DNA of 25,542 bases from Armatimonadota bacterium (GCA_043814095.1 JBDRKI010000005.1:1-25542); one strand, 5' to 3'. Numbered from the stretch's first letter, positions 1 to 8,623 are shown. Program-made: numbers and translations. Notes: generated from the sequence alone by a model not told the origin.

Positions 1-1
1 C

Positions 2-1729
2 TATCTGGCTAACGGGGTTCCGTTTAATATGGGGCTTTTATCCATAGCAACAGTTCTTACAGAGAATAAGTATAAAGTGTTATGCATGAACCCCCACCAG
101 GTGTTTGTGACAAAGAATGATGAGTTAAAAAGACTTATAAGGCTGTATAATCCGGCTATGGTCGGTTTTTATGTTACGGCTGATAATGTTTTCCTTGTTA
201 AGGAAATAGCATCTTTGATTAAATCCGCCAATAAGAGTATTAAGATAGCAGTAGGCGGGCCTCAGGCCTGCGCTATAGGCGAAGGCCTGTTTGAGAATAA
301 AGATTATGATATTGTTATTACTGGTGAAGGCGAGTATGCGTTTTTAGAACTCCTTGATTTTTATGTTAATAATAAAGGGATCTTAAGGGATATTAAAGGG
401 ATAATGTATAAGGAAAGTGATCAGGTAATAAAAACACAGGTAAGGCCTTTAATTGAGAATTTGGATGAATTACCCGTTCCCAATATTATTCTTAGTATGC
501 AGAATATGGGCTACTATCCCGTTATAACGGGGAGGGGATGTCCGAACAACTGTTTATACTGCTATAAATCAAAGGAAGATAATAAATACAGGTTAAGAAC
601 TGCGGAGAAGGTTGCCGAAGAGATTATAACGGCGGTTGAGAAGTTCGGGTTTAATGTGATTAATATCCTGGATGATACGTTTACCGCTGACCCTGAAAGA
701 GCTAAAGCTATATGTAAGGCTCTTATGGATTACCAGAAAAAATCTAAAAGAAACCTTATATTCTACTGTGACAGCAGGATAGACGCTCTTTATGATAATC
801 CGGATATGCTTGAGCTTATGGTAAAATGCGGATTTGAGAAGATCCAGATCAGCATAAATTCAGGCAACCAGAAGATACTTGATAATTACGGTGAAGGCGT
901 AACCCTTGATAAGATTAAAGAAGTTGTTAAAAAGTGTTATGAGCTGAATATAGCTACTGTTGTAGGAAGCTTTATTATAGGGGGACCGGGGGACACTAAG
1001 AAAACAGTCGAAGATTCAATGAAATTCGCAGAAGAGCTTGTTGATATTGCCCCCGGCATGATAGAGTTTTCAGTTGCGTATTTATGTCCGTATCCCGGCA
1101 CTCCTGTTTATGATGATCCGGGCAGGTTCGGCTTAAAAATACTTGATTCCGAGTTTAAAACAGGGATGCCCATGAATGAGCCCCATATGCTTACCAAATC
1201 CCTTATTTTAAGGGATTTAAATGCGTTAAAACTGCAGTTTTTAAGTCATGTAGGTAATTATATGATGGGTAAAGTTCCGGATATTTACCCGGGCAGGGTA
1301 GCTAAGCATTTTTACCTTTCAAGGTATTTCGGGTTTACAAGCCAGTGGCTCTCCAATTTCTATATGAGCTATACTGCGATGGGTTCTTTCTTTGATTTTT
1401 CTTTGTGCCCGAGGTTTACTATTTTAGGCGCCTTGAAAGAATACGAATGGAGAGATATACATCCCATAAGGACGCTTCCCGATGTTATTTATGAACCGTG
1501 GGATGACAGTATAGTTATAAAAGGGTCGTTCAGGGAGTTCCGTATAACTAATAAGGTGGGCAAGGAAGCTTACAGGCTTGCCGCCGCGAAGATAAAACTG
1601 ATTGATATAGTAAAAGAGATAAAGAATAAATTTGAGCTTACCCAGACAGAAGAAGAAATATGGCTTGATAAGATAAAGCCATTATATGAACAGCTTGAGA
1701 AGCTGTATTATATGGCTTTTTACTTTTAA
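2..1729 (+). CDS. Cobalamin (B12)-binding domain radical SAM protein, 5'-truncated by the window edge, with a C-terminal PqqD/RRE-like extension
   Basis: CxxxCxxC motif (GRGCPNNCLYC). B12-binding-domain motifs PFNMGLLSIATVL, VGGPQA and GEGE. DDTFT and PYPGTPVY motifs. The frame is open from position 2 (YLANGVPFN-M), so the true start lies upstream of the window. Confidence 0.9.
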   Translation, partial: YLANGVPFNMGLLSIATVLTENKYKVLCMNPHQVFVTKNDELKRLIRLYNPAMVGFYVTADNVFLVKEIASLIKSANKSIKIAVGGPQACAIGEGLFENKDYDIVITGEGEYAFLELLDFYVNNKGILRDIKGIMYKESDQVIKTQVRPLIENLDELPVPNIILSMQNMGYYPVITGRGCPNNCLYCYKSKEDNKYRLRTAEKVAEEIITAVEKFGFNVINILDDTFTADPERAKAICKALMDYQKKSKRNLIFYCDSRIDALYDNPDMLELMVKCGFEKIQISINSGNQKILDNYGEGVTLDKIKEVVKKCYELNIATVVGSFIIGGPGDTKKTVEDSMKFAEELVDIAPGMIEFSVAYLCPYPGTPVYDDPGRFGLKILDSEFKTGMPMNEPHMLTKSLILRDLNALKLQFLSHVGNYMMGKVPDIYPGRVAKHFYLSRYFGFTSQWLSNFYMSYTAMGSFFDFSLCPRFTILGALKEYEWRDIHPIRTLPDVIYEPWDDSIVIKGSFREFRITNKVGKEAYRLAAAKIKLIDIVKEIKNKFELTQTEEEIWLDKIKPLYEQLEKLYYMAFYF

Positions 1730-1778
1730 GTAATAGTAATCATAATAGAGACAGAAATAATAAAGGTATAATATTGTT

Positions 1779-2357
1779 ATGAAAAAGAAATACGTTTTTC
1801 TTATCATTGTAATATCATTATGTTTTGTAGCTTCTGTTTACGCCTCAGATGTTGTAAGCGATAATAATACAGCGGGAAAACTTATCGGCAAAGCGGTAAA
1901 GTATATGAATAATCTGGGCATTGTCGTAAAGAATAAAATTAATTATTATGTAGTCACCGCCCAGCAGCTTGACAGTTTATGTAAAAACAGTCCTTATGTG
2001 GGCAGGGAGCTTGGATTATATAAATACGAAAAAGGAAGGCATAATATTTATTTAATGTCAGGCATAGATTATGACAGGTTTATGGGAACATGCGCTCATG
2101 AATATGCCCATGCGTGGCAGGTAGAAAACTGCCCGATTGATCAGGATGATATATTAAGAGAAGGATTCGCGCGCTGGTGCGAGATACAGGTTCTTGCAAA
2201 CGACGGGGCCGCTGCAGAGGCGCAGAACTACAGGATGAGCGCTGATCCTGTTTACGGGAACGGCTACAGGCTTTTATTAAAATATGAGGATAAACACGGC
2301 AGACAAGGTGTTTTAGATCTTGTGAAAAAGATTCATAAGCATACCGAGATAAAGTAG
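1779..2357 (+). CDS. Secreted zinc metallopeptidase, DA1-like family
   Basis: N-terminal signal peptide (MKKKYVFLIIVISLCFVASVYA). AHEYAHAW HEXXH motif, a downstream EGF third-ligand motif, and DPVYGNGYR, which resembles the DA1 peptidase consensus PVYGDGFR. Confidence 0.7.
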   Translation: MKKKYVFLIIVISLCFVASVYASDVVSDNNTAGKLIGKAVKYMNNLGIVVKNKINYYVVTAQQLDSLCKNSPYVGRELGLYKYEKGRHNIYLMSGIDYDRFMGTCAHEYAHAWQVENCPIDQDDILREGFARWCEIQVLANDGAAAEAQNYRMSADPVYGNGYRLLLKYEDKHGRQGVLDLVKKIHKHTEIK

Positions 2358-2366
2358 TAATATATT

Positions 2367-2975
2367 ATGAAGTTTAAGGTAAGCGAGATAACAATTATAG
2401 CGGTATTTGCGGCTTTATGGGGTGCCATGGAGGTATCTTTAGGTACCTTTCTTCATGTTGTTAAAATGCCCATGGTAGGGGCTTTCATGGCGGCTGTGGG
2501 CTCTTTTATACTGCTTATAGCAAGAAGTTTTGTGCCTAAAAGGGGCACAACCATGATAATAGGTTTTATAGCCGCCCTTATAAAGCTCTTATCCGTTGCG
2601 GGCTCAAAACTTGTGCCTGCGGTATCTATTTTTTCCGAGAGTATACTTGTTGAGATAATATTATCCGTATTGGGGACATCTGTTTTAGGTTATTGTATAG
2701 CTGCGGCTTCAGCCGTAACATTAACCGTTTTTCAGAATATAATAGGTTTGATTGTTATATCGGGTAAGGGTGTTGATTATTTCATATCAATGATTGAATA
2801 TAATTTTGCAAGATTCGGTATTGTCTTTAAAAGCACTTTTACCGCAATACTTATCTTTATATCAATAAAAGTTATTATATGTATAATACTGGGTATTACG
2901 ATAGGGATAATTGCCTGGAGAACTACTAAAAAACTTATACGTATAAATACCGCAAAGAACTGTTCCTGTAGTTAA
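2367..2975 (+). CDS. Integral membrane protein, ECF transporter S-component-like
   Basis: 202 aa with about 5-6 hydrophobic segments and an N-terminal IAVFAALWG motif typical of S-component-like proteins. It follows the peptidase by 9 nt. Confidence 0.55.
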   Translation: MKFKVSEITIIAVFAALWGAMEVSLGTFLHVVKMPMVGAFMAAVGSFILLIARSFVPKRGTTMIIGFIAALIKLLSVAGSKLVPAVSIFSESILVEIILSVLGTSVLGYCIAAASAVTLTVFQNIIGLIVISGKGVDYFISMIEYNFARFGIVFKSTFTAILIFISIKVIICIILGITIGIIAWRTTKKLIRINTAKNCSCS

Positions 2976-2983
2976 CTATTTCA

Positions 2984-3159
2984 TTACAATAACCCCCTGG
3001 CCAGGCGGTGAAGTTCCGGATTACCTAAGGTAGTATTGGCTTCTTTTTCTGATTCTTTTCTAAACAGAGGATAACCTAGATTATCTAATCTCTTTAAAAA
3101 AATTCATTCCAGGTGATAAGCCCGTCAAATAATCCTTCTCTGTTAATACGGCAATCCAT
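2984..3159 (-). pseudogene. Frameshifted or collapsed gene remnant, possibly from a nucleotidyltransferase/partner TA-like pair
   Basis: AGGTG SD-like sequence, then ATG at 3159 gives MDCRINREGLFDGLITWNEFF* (stop 3094). A shifted frame at the T7 run reads LKRLDNLGYPLFRKESEKEANTTLGNPELHRLARGLL* (3097-2984). The family resemblance is from recall only. Confidence 0.4.
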
Positions 3160-3189
3160 ACAATTATTTGCACCTATTCGTACAATTTC

Positions 3190-3207
3190 TTGTATATAGT
3201 TATACAA
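3190..3207. promoter_or_regulatory. Palindromic operator-like site TTGTATA-tagt-TATACAA
   Basis: Perfect 7-bp arms with a 4-nt spacer, about 30 nt upstream of the remnant ATG at 3159. Confidence 0.4.
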
Positions 3208-3269
3208 TATAGATGTATATGTACTTGTCTTAATTAGGCGGAATTCTGTAAGCTTGAAAATATTTTGCT

Positions 3270-4406
3270 TTATTTGTTAATAAAGCTTAAGAAATTTTGA
3301 GGAGTTACAACGGAATATCCGGCGCCCTTGTAAGTATCAATCCAGTCTTTGGGGGGCTTTATTTTTTTTGTGTCGGATCTTTTAAATTCGTAACCGTGCA
3401 GTTTTCCGTCGCGTTCTTCAATTAAATCTATTTCCTGTTGGTCGTAAGTACGCCAGAAATAAAAATTAGCGAAGCGGCGTTTGTTTGCCAGAGCTTTAAA
3501 TCTTTCGATCATGCAGAAATTTTCAAACATAGATCCCGAATCCGTACGGATAGACAGGGGGTTGAAATTTCTGATAAGCGCATTGCGGATACCGAGATCC
3601 CAGAAATAATATTTTGACATTTTATAAATTTCTTTGCGGAGATTTCTGCTGAATCCTCGTAAGTTTACAATAATGAACATTTTTTCCAGTAGATCCAGAT
3701 ATTTTTCAACAATCGGCTTGGAAAGAGCCAGATGCTGGCTAAGTTCGGCGATAGAAACTTCCGATCCGATCTGCAGGGCAATAAGGGATAAAAGATCTAT
3801 TACTTTTTTGGGCTTTCTGACTGTTTCAAAAGAGAGAATATCTTTGTATAGATAGTTGCTTATAAGTTCATAGAGATAATTTTGTTTGTCTTCTACGCCG
3901 GGCGTGGTAAGTACCTTTGGGTACATACCGAATCTGAGAAATTCATCTAACCTGGAGCTTATGTCCGTATCTGGCGGAGCGGGTGAAAGTTCGTCAACCG
4001 AAATAGGATAAAGATAAAAAGTTAAACTTCTTCCTGTAAGAGGTTCATTTATTTTGTTTGCCAGATCCAGAGAAGATGAGCCGGAAGCAATAATAAAAAC
4101 CGGTATGTTGTCAAATATAAGCTTAAGACTTAACCCTATATTATTAATGCGCTGGGCCTCGTCAATAATGATTAATTTATTCTCGCCTATAAGTTTCTTA
4201 AAACGGTCTAAATCCTGCCGTCCTAATAATTCTTGAGTTCGTAAATCGTCGCCGTTCAATATAAGGTTTGCTGTATTTAATTCGGAAAGAAGCATATTGA
4301 TTAAGGTGGTTTTTCCTACCTGGCGGGGTCCATAGAGAATAATAACCCTTTTGTCGCCGTCAAGGGCTTTCTTAATAGAGCTAAGTATAGTTCTCTTAAT
4401 TAGCAT
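3270..4406 (-). CDS. AAA+ family ATP-binding protein (AAA_14 + DUF4143, C-terminal PD-(D/E)xK-like motif)
   Basis: Walker A GPRQVGKTT, Walker B IIIDEAQ, SGSSS, LTGR, GMYP, KYYFWDLGIRN, and FWRT..QEIDL..GYEFK. Confidence 0.92.
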   Translation of the reverse strand: MLIKRTILSSIKKALDGDKRVIILYGPRQVGKTTLINMLLSELNTANLILNGDDLRTQELLGRQDLDRFKKLIGENKLIIIDEAQRINNIGLSLKLIFDNIPVFIIASGSSSLDLANKINEPLTGRSLTFYLYPISVDELSPAPPDTDISSRLDEFLRFGMYPKVLTTPGVEDKQNYLYELISNYLYKDILSFETVRKPKKVIDLLSLIALQIGSEVSIAELSQHLALSKPIVEKYLDLLEKMFIIVNLRGFSRNLRKEIYKMSKYYFWDLGIRNALIRNFNPLSIRTDSGSMFENFCMIERFKALANKRRFANFYFWRTYDQQEIDLIEERDGKLHGYEFKRSDTKKIKPPKDWIDTYKGAGYSVVTPQNFLSFINK

Positions 4407-4555
4407 AAATTAAGTATAGTATACTTATACATATTTGTCAATGGGTCGTATTTTTAAGGTGTTTTTACGCTTATATTGAACAAAACGCATAAAATAGAGC
4501 TAAGTATAGTTAGCTCTATTAAGAAGAATTAGGTAAACTATACTTATACGTATTT
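4374..4555. repeat. Imperfect 63-bp direct repeat (4374-4436 / 4493-4555) with an internal 11-6-11 inverted repeat
   Basis: Ungapped alignment with the first 19 nt identical (AATAGAGCTAAGTATAGTT) and 12 mismatches over 63 nt by manual count. Copy 2 contains AATAGAGCTAA-gtatag-TTAGCTCTATT (4493-4520). Confidence 0.85.
4413..4441 (-). promoter_or_regulatory. Sigma70-type promoter of the ATPase, predicting a leaderless mRNA
   Basis: TTGACA (4441-4436), 17 nt, TATACT (4418-4413), 6 nt, then ATG (4406). There is no SD sequence. The palindrome TAAGTAT-agt-ATACTTA (4411-4427) overlaps the -10 box. Confidence 0.75.
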
Positions 4556-4564
4556 ATAGGTTTT

Positions 4565-5692
4565 TTATTCCAGCTGCATCTTTATCTGCATGAATTTAAG
4601 TATATCCGATTTAGTTAATATGCCTAATAGCTTTGCATCTTCTATGACAAGCAGTCCCCCGAGCCCTTCTTTCTGTATCCTGTTTAAGGCTTCAACTATT
4701 GTTCCAGAGGGGGCTATCTGCATGGTGTTATCAAGTTTTTTCATTACATTCTGTACAAGTGTTGTGGTACGCTCTTCTTTGGGTACCGCTTTTGCTTCAT
4801 GGAGAGTTATTATTCCAAGCGCCTGTTTATGATCAACAACAGGTATCACTATATGTTTGTAATGGAGAAAATAATTCTGTATGAGATCTTCTATGGTTGC
4901 TCCGGGGTGTATTGTTACAACTTCTGTTGTCATAAGGTCTTTTACCCTGTTCCCGCCGATGAAGTTACGGAAGACTACATTCTGCCAGCTTGTTGTTGCG
5001 GCATTATTTAAGAAGATTCCTATGAGGATAAGCCATATGCCGCCAAGGAGTGAATGTTTGGAGAGGATCTGCATTATACCTATGAATATAAGGAAGAAGG
5101 CAAATGCCTGTCCTAAGTAAGAGGCGATTCTTGTCGCTTTCTCCATGTTTTTCGTTATCATCCACATGAATGCCCTGAATACTCTGCCTCCGTCTAAAGG
5201 GAAGGCGGGCACAAGATTAAAGCCAGCGAGAATGAAATTTATAAGTGAAAGGTACCCGAAGAGGTTGCCGAGGGTTATATAGTGAGGCATAAGCTGGGAT
5301 ACGGTCTTTGCCAGTCCGTAAAAGATAAACCCCAGCGCTATACTTAATAAAGGACCTGCTATTGCTATTTTAAATTCCGTTCCCGGATCTTCGGGTTCTT
5401 TGGTTATACTGGCTATCCCGCCGAATATGAAAAGGGTTATCTTCTTTATCTTTATATTATTCTTCTGCGCCACATAAGAATGGGCAAGCTCATGCAGCAG
5501 GATTGATGTAAAAAAGAGGACTGTTGCTATTATCCCGAATATCCACCTGTTGGCAACAGATATATTCTTTTCAATGGAAGGGAAATACCCTTCGGAGAAT
5601 GATACCGCTATAAGGGCGAATATTATTATCCATGATATGTCTATTTCTATAGGTATATTTATTATAGAGCCCACTCTTATTGAAGTTTTCAT
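4565..5692 (-). CDS. Site-2 protease (peptidase M50) with tandem CBS domains
   Basis: HELAH zinc motif, IAIAGP, FNLVPAFPLDGGR and a C-terminal CBS pair. Start placed at ATG 5692 (MKTSIR), preceded by the SD-like AAGGCGGTG. Confidence 0.93.
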   Translation of the reverse strand: MKTSIRVGSIINIPIEIDISWIIIFALIAVSFSEGYFPSIEKNISVANRWIFGIIATVLFFTSILLHELAHSYVAQKNNIKIKKITLFIFGGIASITKEPEDPGTEFKIAIAGPLLSIALGFIFYGLAKTVSQLMPHYITLGNLFGYLSLINFILAGFNLVPAFPLDGGRVFRAFMWMITKNMEKATRIASYLGQAFAFFLIFIGIMQILSKHSLLGGIWLILIGIFLNNAATTSWQNVVFRNFIGGNRVKDLMTTEVVTIHPGATIEDLIQNYFLHYKHIVIPVVDHKQALGIITLHEAKAVPKEERTTTLVQNVMKKLDNTMQIAPSGTIVEALNRIQKEGLGGLLVIEDAKLLGILTKSDILKFMQIKMQLE

Positions 5693-5838
5693 TTCTTCAC
5701 CGCCTTTTGGTAAAATAATTCTTAAAAGGGCTCTCAAATCCTTTATATTATATTTAAAATGGTATATAATTTAAAAGGGAAAAGCATCTTTAAAAAAGAA
5801 GTCTAATTTAAATTAATATAGTAAAGGCGGTGGTATAT

Positions 5839-7128
5839 ATGACAAAAACCGATCCTAAAACCACAAAAACCGCAATCAAATTATTAAATCCTAACCTTGT
5901 ATTTATATCTGTTCCCGGGGAGTATGCCGTTTATGAAGCAAGTACTGCTCTTGAAGAGAACTGTAATGTTATGATGGCAAGCTCCAATATAACGCTGGAT
6001 GATGAAGTAAATTTAAAAAAGAAAGCCGTTCAGAAAGGTCTTCTTTTGATGGGGCCTGATGCTTCAACGGCACTAATAAACGGGAAGGGTATAGGTTTTT
6101 CAAATGTTGTCAAGAGGGGGAGTATAGGCATAGTAGGTGCATGTAGTGCTGCTATCCAGTCTGCAGCTGTTATTGTTGATAAAGAAGGACTCGGGGTATC
6201 CCATGCCATAAGCACGGGTTCCCGTGATATGTCGGCAGCGGTGGCCGGGATTATGACCGAATATGCCGTTAATATTCTCTCTGAAGATGACGGCACCAAA
6301 CTTATTATAGTTCTGGCTAAATATGTAAATAAAGTTGCCGCGGATAAATTAATGGATTATCTGGGAACTTTAAGAAAACAGTTTGTGGTATGTTTTACGG
6401 GTTTCTCCACTGAAAAAGAAATACCCAAGAATGTTGTTATAACTAAAACCGTTGATCAGGCGGCTCTTTACGCGTGCGCACTTGTGAAAAGAGAGAGGCT
6501 TGAGCTAGTTTCTTTAAAGACAGAGAAGAACGAACGCATGATAAATAAGTATATAGAAGAAGAGTTGGTGAAATTTCATCCTACCGCAAAATACTTAAGA
6601 GCATTATACTCGGGAGGCAGTTTCGCGAACGAGGCGGTTAGTATTTTAAAGGATGATGTAAATGATCTTTATTCTAATTTTAAAGGAGCAAAGAGCCTGC
6701 CTGATATAAGGAAATCATATTGCAATACCGTTATTGATATGGGTGATTACGATATTTTAAAAGAGGATATTCACCCTATAGTTGATTATTCAAAAAGATG
6801 CGAGAGAATACTTAAAGAGACGGAAGAAGAATCAACGGCTGTTATACTGCTGGATGTGGTTTTGGGTTATAATGCGTGTTCAAATCCCGCGGAATTTTTA
6901 GCTCCCACAATAAAAAAAGCGAAAGAATTTCTTAAAGACCGGGGGCGCAATATAACGTTCATAGTATATATATGCGGTTCGGATAAGGACGTGCAGAAAT
7001 TTTCCGAACAGAAAGAAGCGTTTGAGGCCTCAGGCGCAATTGTTATGCCTACAAACGCATCAGCTGTTAAGCTTGCCTCCGGCATACTACAGAAACTTAA
7101 AGAAAGAAAGCCGGCTCTTGCGATATAG
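5839..7128 (+). CDS. fdrA: FdrA/YahF-like acyl-CoA synthetase-fold protein, N-terminally short and divergent
   Basis: NLVFISVPGEYA, KGLLLMGPD, GVSHAISTGSRD and VILLDVVLGY match FdrA motifs. ATG 5839 follows the SD-like AAGGCGGTGG. Confidence 0.8.
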   Translation: MTKTDPKTTKTAIKLLNPNLVFISVPGEYAVYEASTALEENCNVMMASSNITLDDEVNLKKKAVQKGLLLMGPDASTALINGKGIGFSNVVKRGSIGIVGACSAAIQSAAVIVDKEGLGVSHAISTGSRDMSAAVAGIMTEYAVNILSEDDGTKLIIVLAKYVNKVAADKLMDYLGTLRKQFVVCFTGFSTEKEIPKNVVITKTVDQAALYACALVKRERLELVSLKTEKNERMINKYIEEELVKFHPTAKYLRALYSGGSFANEAVSILKDDVNDLYSNFKGAKSLPDIRKSYCNTVIDMGDYDILKEDIHPIVDYSKRCERILKETEEESTAVILLDVVLGYNACSNPAEFLAPTIKKAKEFLKDRGRNITFIVYICGSDKDVQKFSEQKEAFEASGAIVMPTNASAVKLASGILQKLKERKPALAI

Positions 7129-7140
7129 GGGGGTGAAGAT

Positions 7141-8538
7141 ATGAATCTGCTTAAAGAAAATTTGAAAGTTGTAAATGTCGGCATAGAAGAGTTTAAAGAA
7201 GGACTTGAAGTCCAGGGCATTGAGTATATTAATGTAAACTGGAAACCGCCATGCGGAGGGGACGTAAAACTCCTGCATGCCGTTAAAACAATAAGAGAGA
7301 AAAATACAGTTGATAAGGCTAATGAAGAAGCGGTAAAAAGGATAAAAGAAAGCGTCCCGTTTTTAACCGGAGCGGGTAAAGCCGTTGAAGTAATACCCGG
7401 GATGCATAAGGCGCTCATCCTTCACGCGGGGCCGCCTCTTGCATGGAAAGATATGAACTATGCCATGAAGTCCGCGGTAGCGGGCGCCCTTATTTTTGAA
7501 GGTCTTGCAGAAACCAAGGACGGTGTAAAGCTTCTGGTTGAGCAGGGCGAGATAGAATTTGCCCCGAGTTATGATTATAACTGCGCGGTACATGCTTACG
7601 GTATTATTTCCGCTTCAATGCCTGTATGGGTTTTTGAGAATCACCCCTACGGCAATAAAGCTTATTCTCCTATTAATGAGAGTTCCGAGAAAATGCTTTG
7701 CTGCGGAGATAATTCTCCGGAAGTCATTGCCAATCTTGCATGGATGAAAGATCGTCTTCTCCCTGTTATTTCTGTGTCTTTTACGGAAAAAGTAAATATT
7801 AAGGAAATAATAGATGAAGCTTTTAAGATGGGTGATGAACTGCATATAAGGAATGAAGCAGCATCCGGAATTTTAATAAGAAAGATAGCTTCATCCGTAG
7901 TAAGTACGGATTTTCCGAAAGAGGATCTGGCCGAGGTTGTTTCTTTTATAACCAGAAGAGGGGATCTGTTTTTAAATATCGCTCTGGGTGCGGCAAGGGT
8001 TATTATTGATTCGGCAAGGGATATAGAAGGTTCTTCGGTTGTTACTTCAATGGCCTCCAACGGGTCTGAGTTCGGTATAAGGGTAAGCGGGTTGAAAAAC
8101 CAGTGGTTTACGTCTTCTGTTAAGCTTAAAGATGAAAAATATATAGAGGGCCATGATAATGCCAGTGTCGGTTCTTATTCCGGTGATGATCCCGTGATAG
8201 AAACAGCTTCTCTGGGAGGTATAAGTATTTTACCGGCGATCCAGGGATCATGGGTTCTTGACCTGTCACATGATAAAATAAAAGATTACGCTCAGGATAT
8301 CAGGGATATATGTGAGAGCGAATCTTCTTATGATAGTAAAGGATTGGCCGGTTTTGACTATATACCTTACGGTATTGATGTAATAAAAGTTGTGGAACTG
8401 GGCACAGTACCGCATATAAGCGCTCAGATTATGCACAGGCAGGCCGGTACCGGGAGAATAGGAACGGGGATTATAAAGCCGAGAATGGATGCTTTTCATA
8501 GCGCAGTGCTTAAATTAAGCGGATCTAAATCAGGGTAA
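7141..8538 (+). CDS. DUF1116 (YlbE/YahG-like) protein with the N-terminal VVNVG..WKPP..G module
   Basis: ILHAGPP, GALIFEGLA, MGDELHIRN and NGSEFGIRVSG motifs. SD GGGGGTG upstream. Confidence 0.82.
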   Translation: MNLLKENLKVVNVGIEEFKEGLEVQGIEYINVNWKPPCGGDVKLLHAVKTIREKNTVDKANEEAVKRIKESVPFLTGAGKAVEVIPGMHKALILHAGPPLAWKDMNYAMKSAVAGALIFEGLAETKDGVKLLVEQGEIEFAPSYDYNCAVHAYGIISASMPVWVFENHPYGNKAYSPINESSEKMLCCGDNSPEVIANLAWMKDRLLPVISVSFTEKVNIKEIIDEAFKMGDELHIRNEAASGILIRKIASSVVSTDFPKEDLAEVVSFITRRGDLFLNIALGAARVIIDSARDIEGSSVVTSMASNGSEFGIRVSGLKNQWFTSSVKLKDEKYIEGHDNASVGSYSGDDPVIETASLGGISILPAIQGSWVLDLSHDKIKDYAQDIRDICESESSYDSKGLAGFDYIPYGIDVIKVVELGTVPHISAQIMHRQAGTGRIGTGIIKPRMDAFHSAVLKLSGSKSG

Positions 8539-8583
8539 GTTCAGGAAATAATGAACTGAGTATGCCGCTATGTGCGTATACTC
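8538..8583 (+). terminator. Two short tandem hairpins after the DUF1116 gene, possible terminator
   Basis: AGTTCA-8nt-TGAACT (8538-8557) and GAGTAT...ATACTC (8558-8583). There is no immediate U-tract. Confidence 0.25.
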
Positions 8584-8623
8584 TGAATCAAAAGACTTTC
8601 TTTTCATAATCCATGGTGGGAAC

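Noticed and set aside
5693-5737. N-terminal extension of the site-2 protease ORF
   Set aside because: The 'KGGEE' segment is the SD region of ATG 5692.
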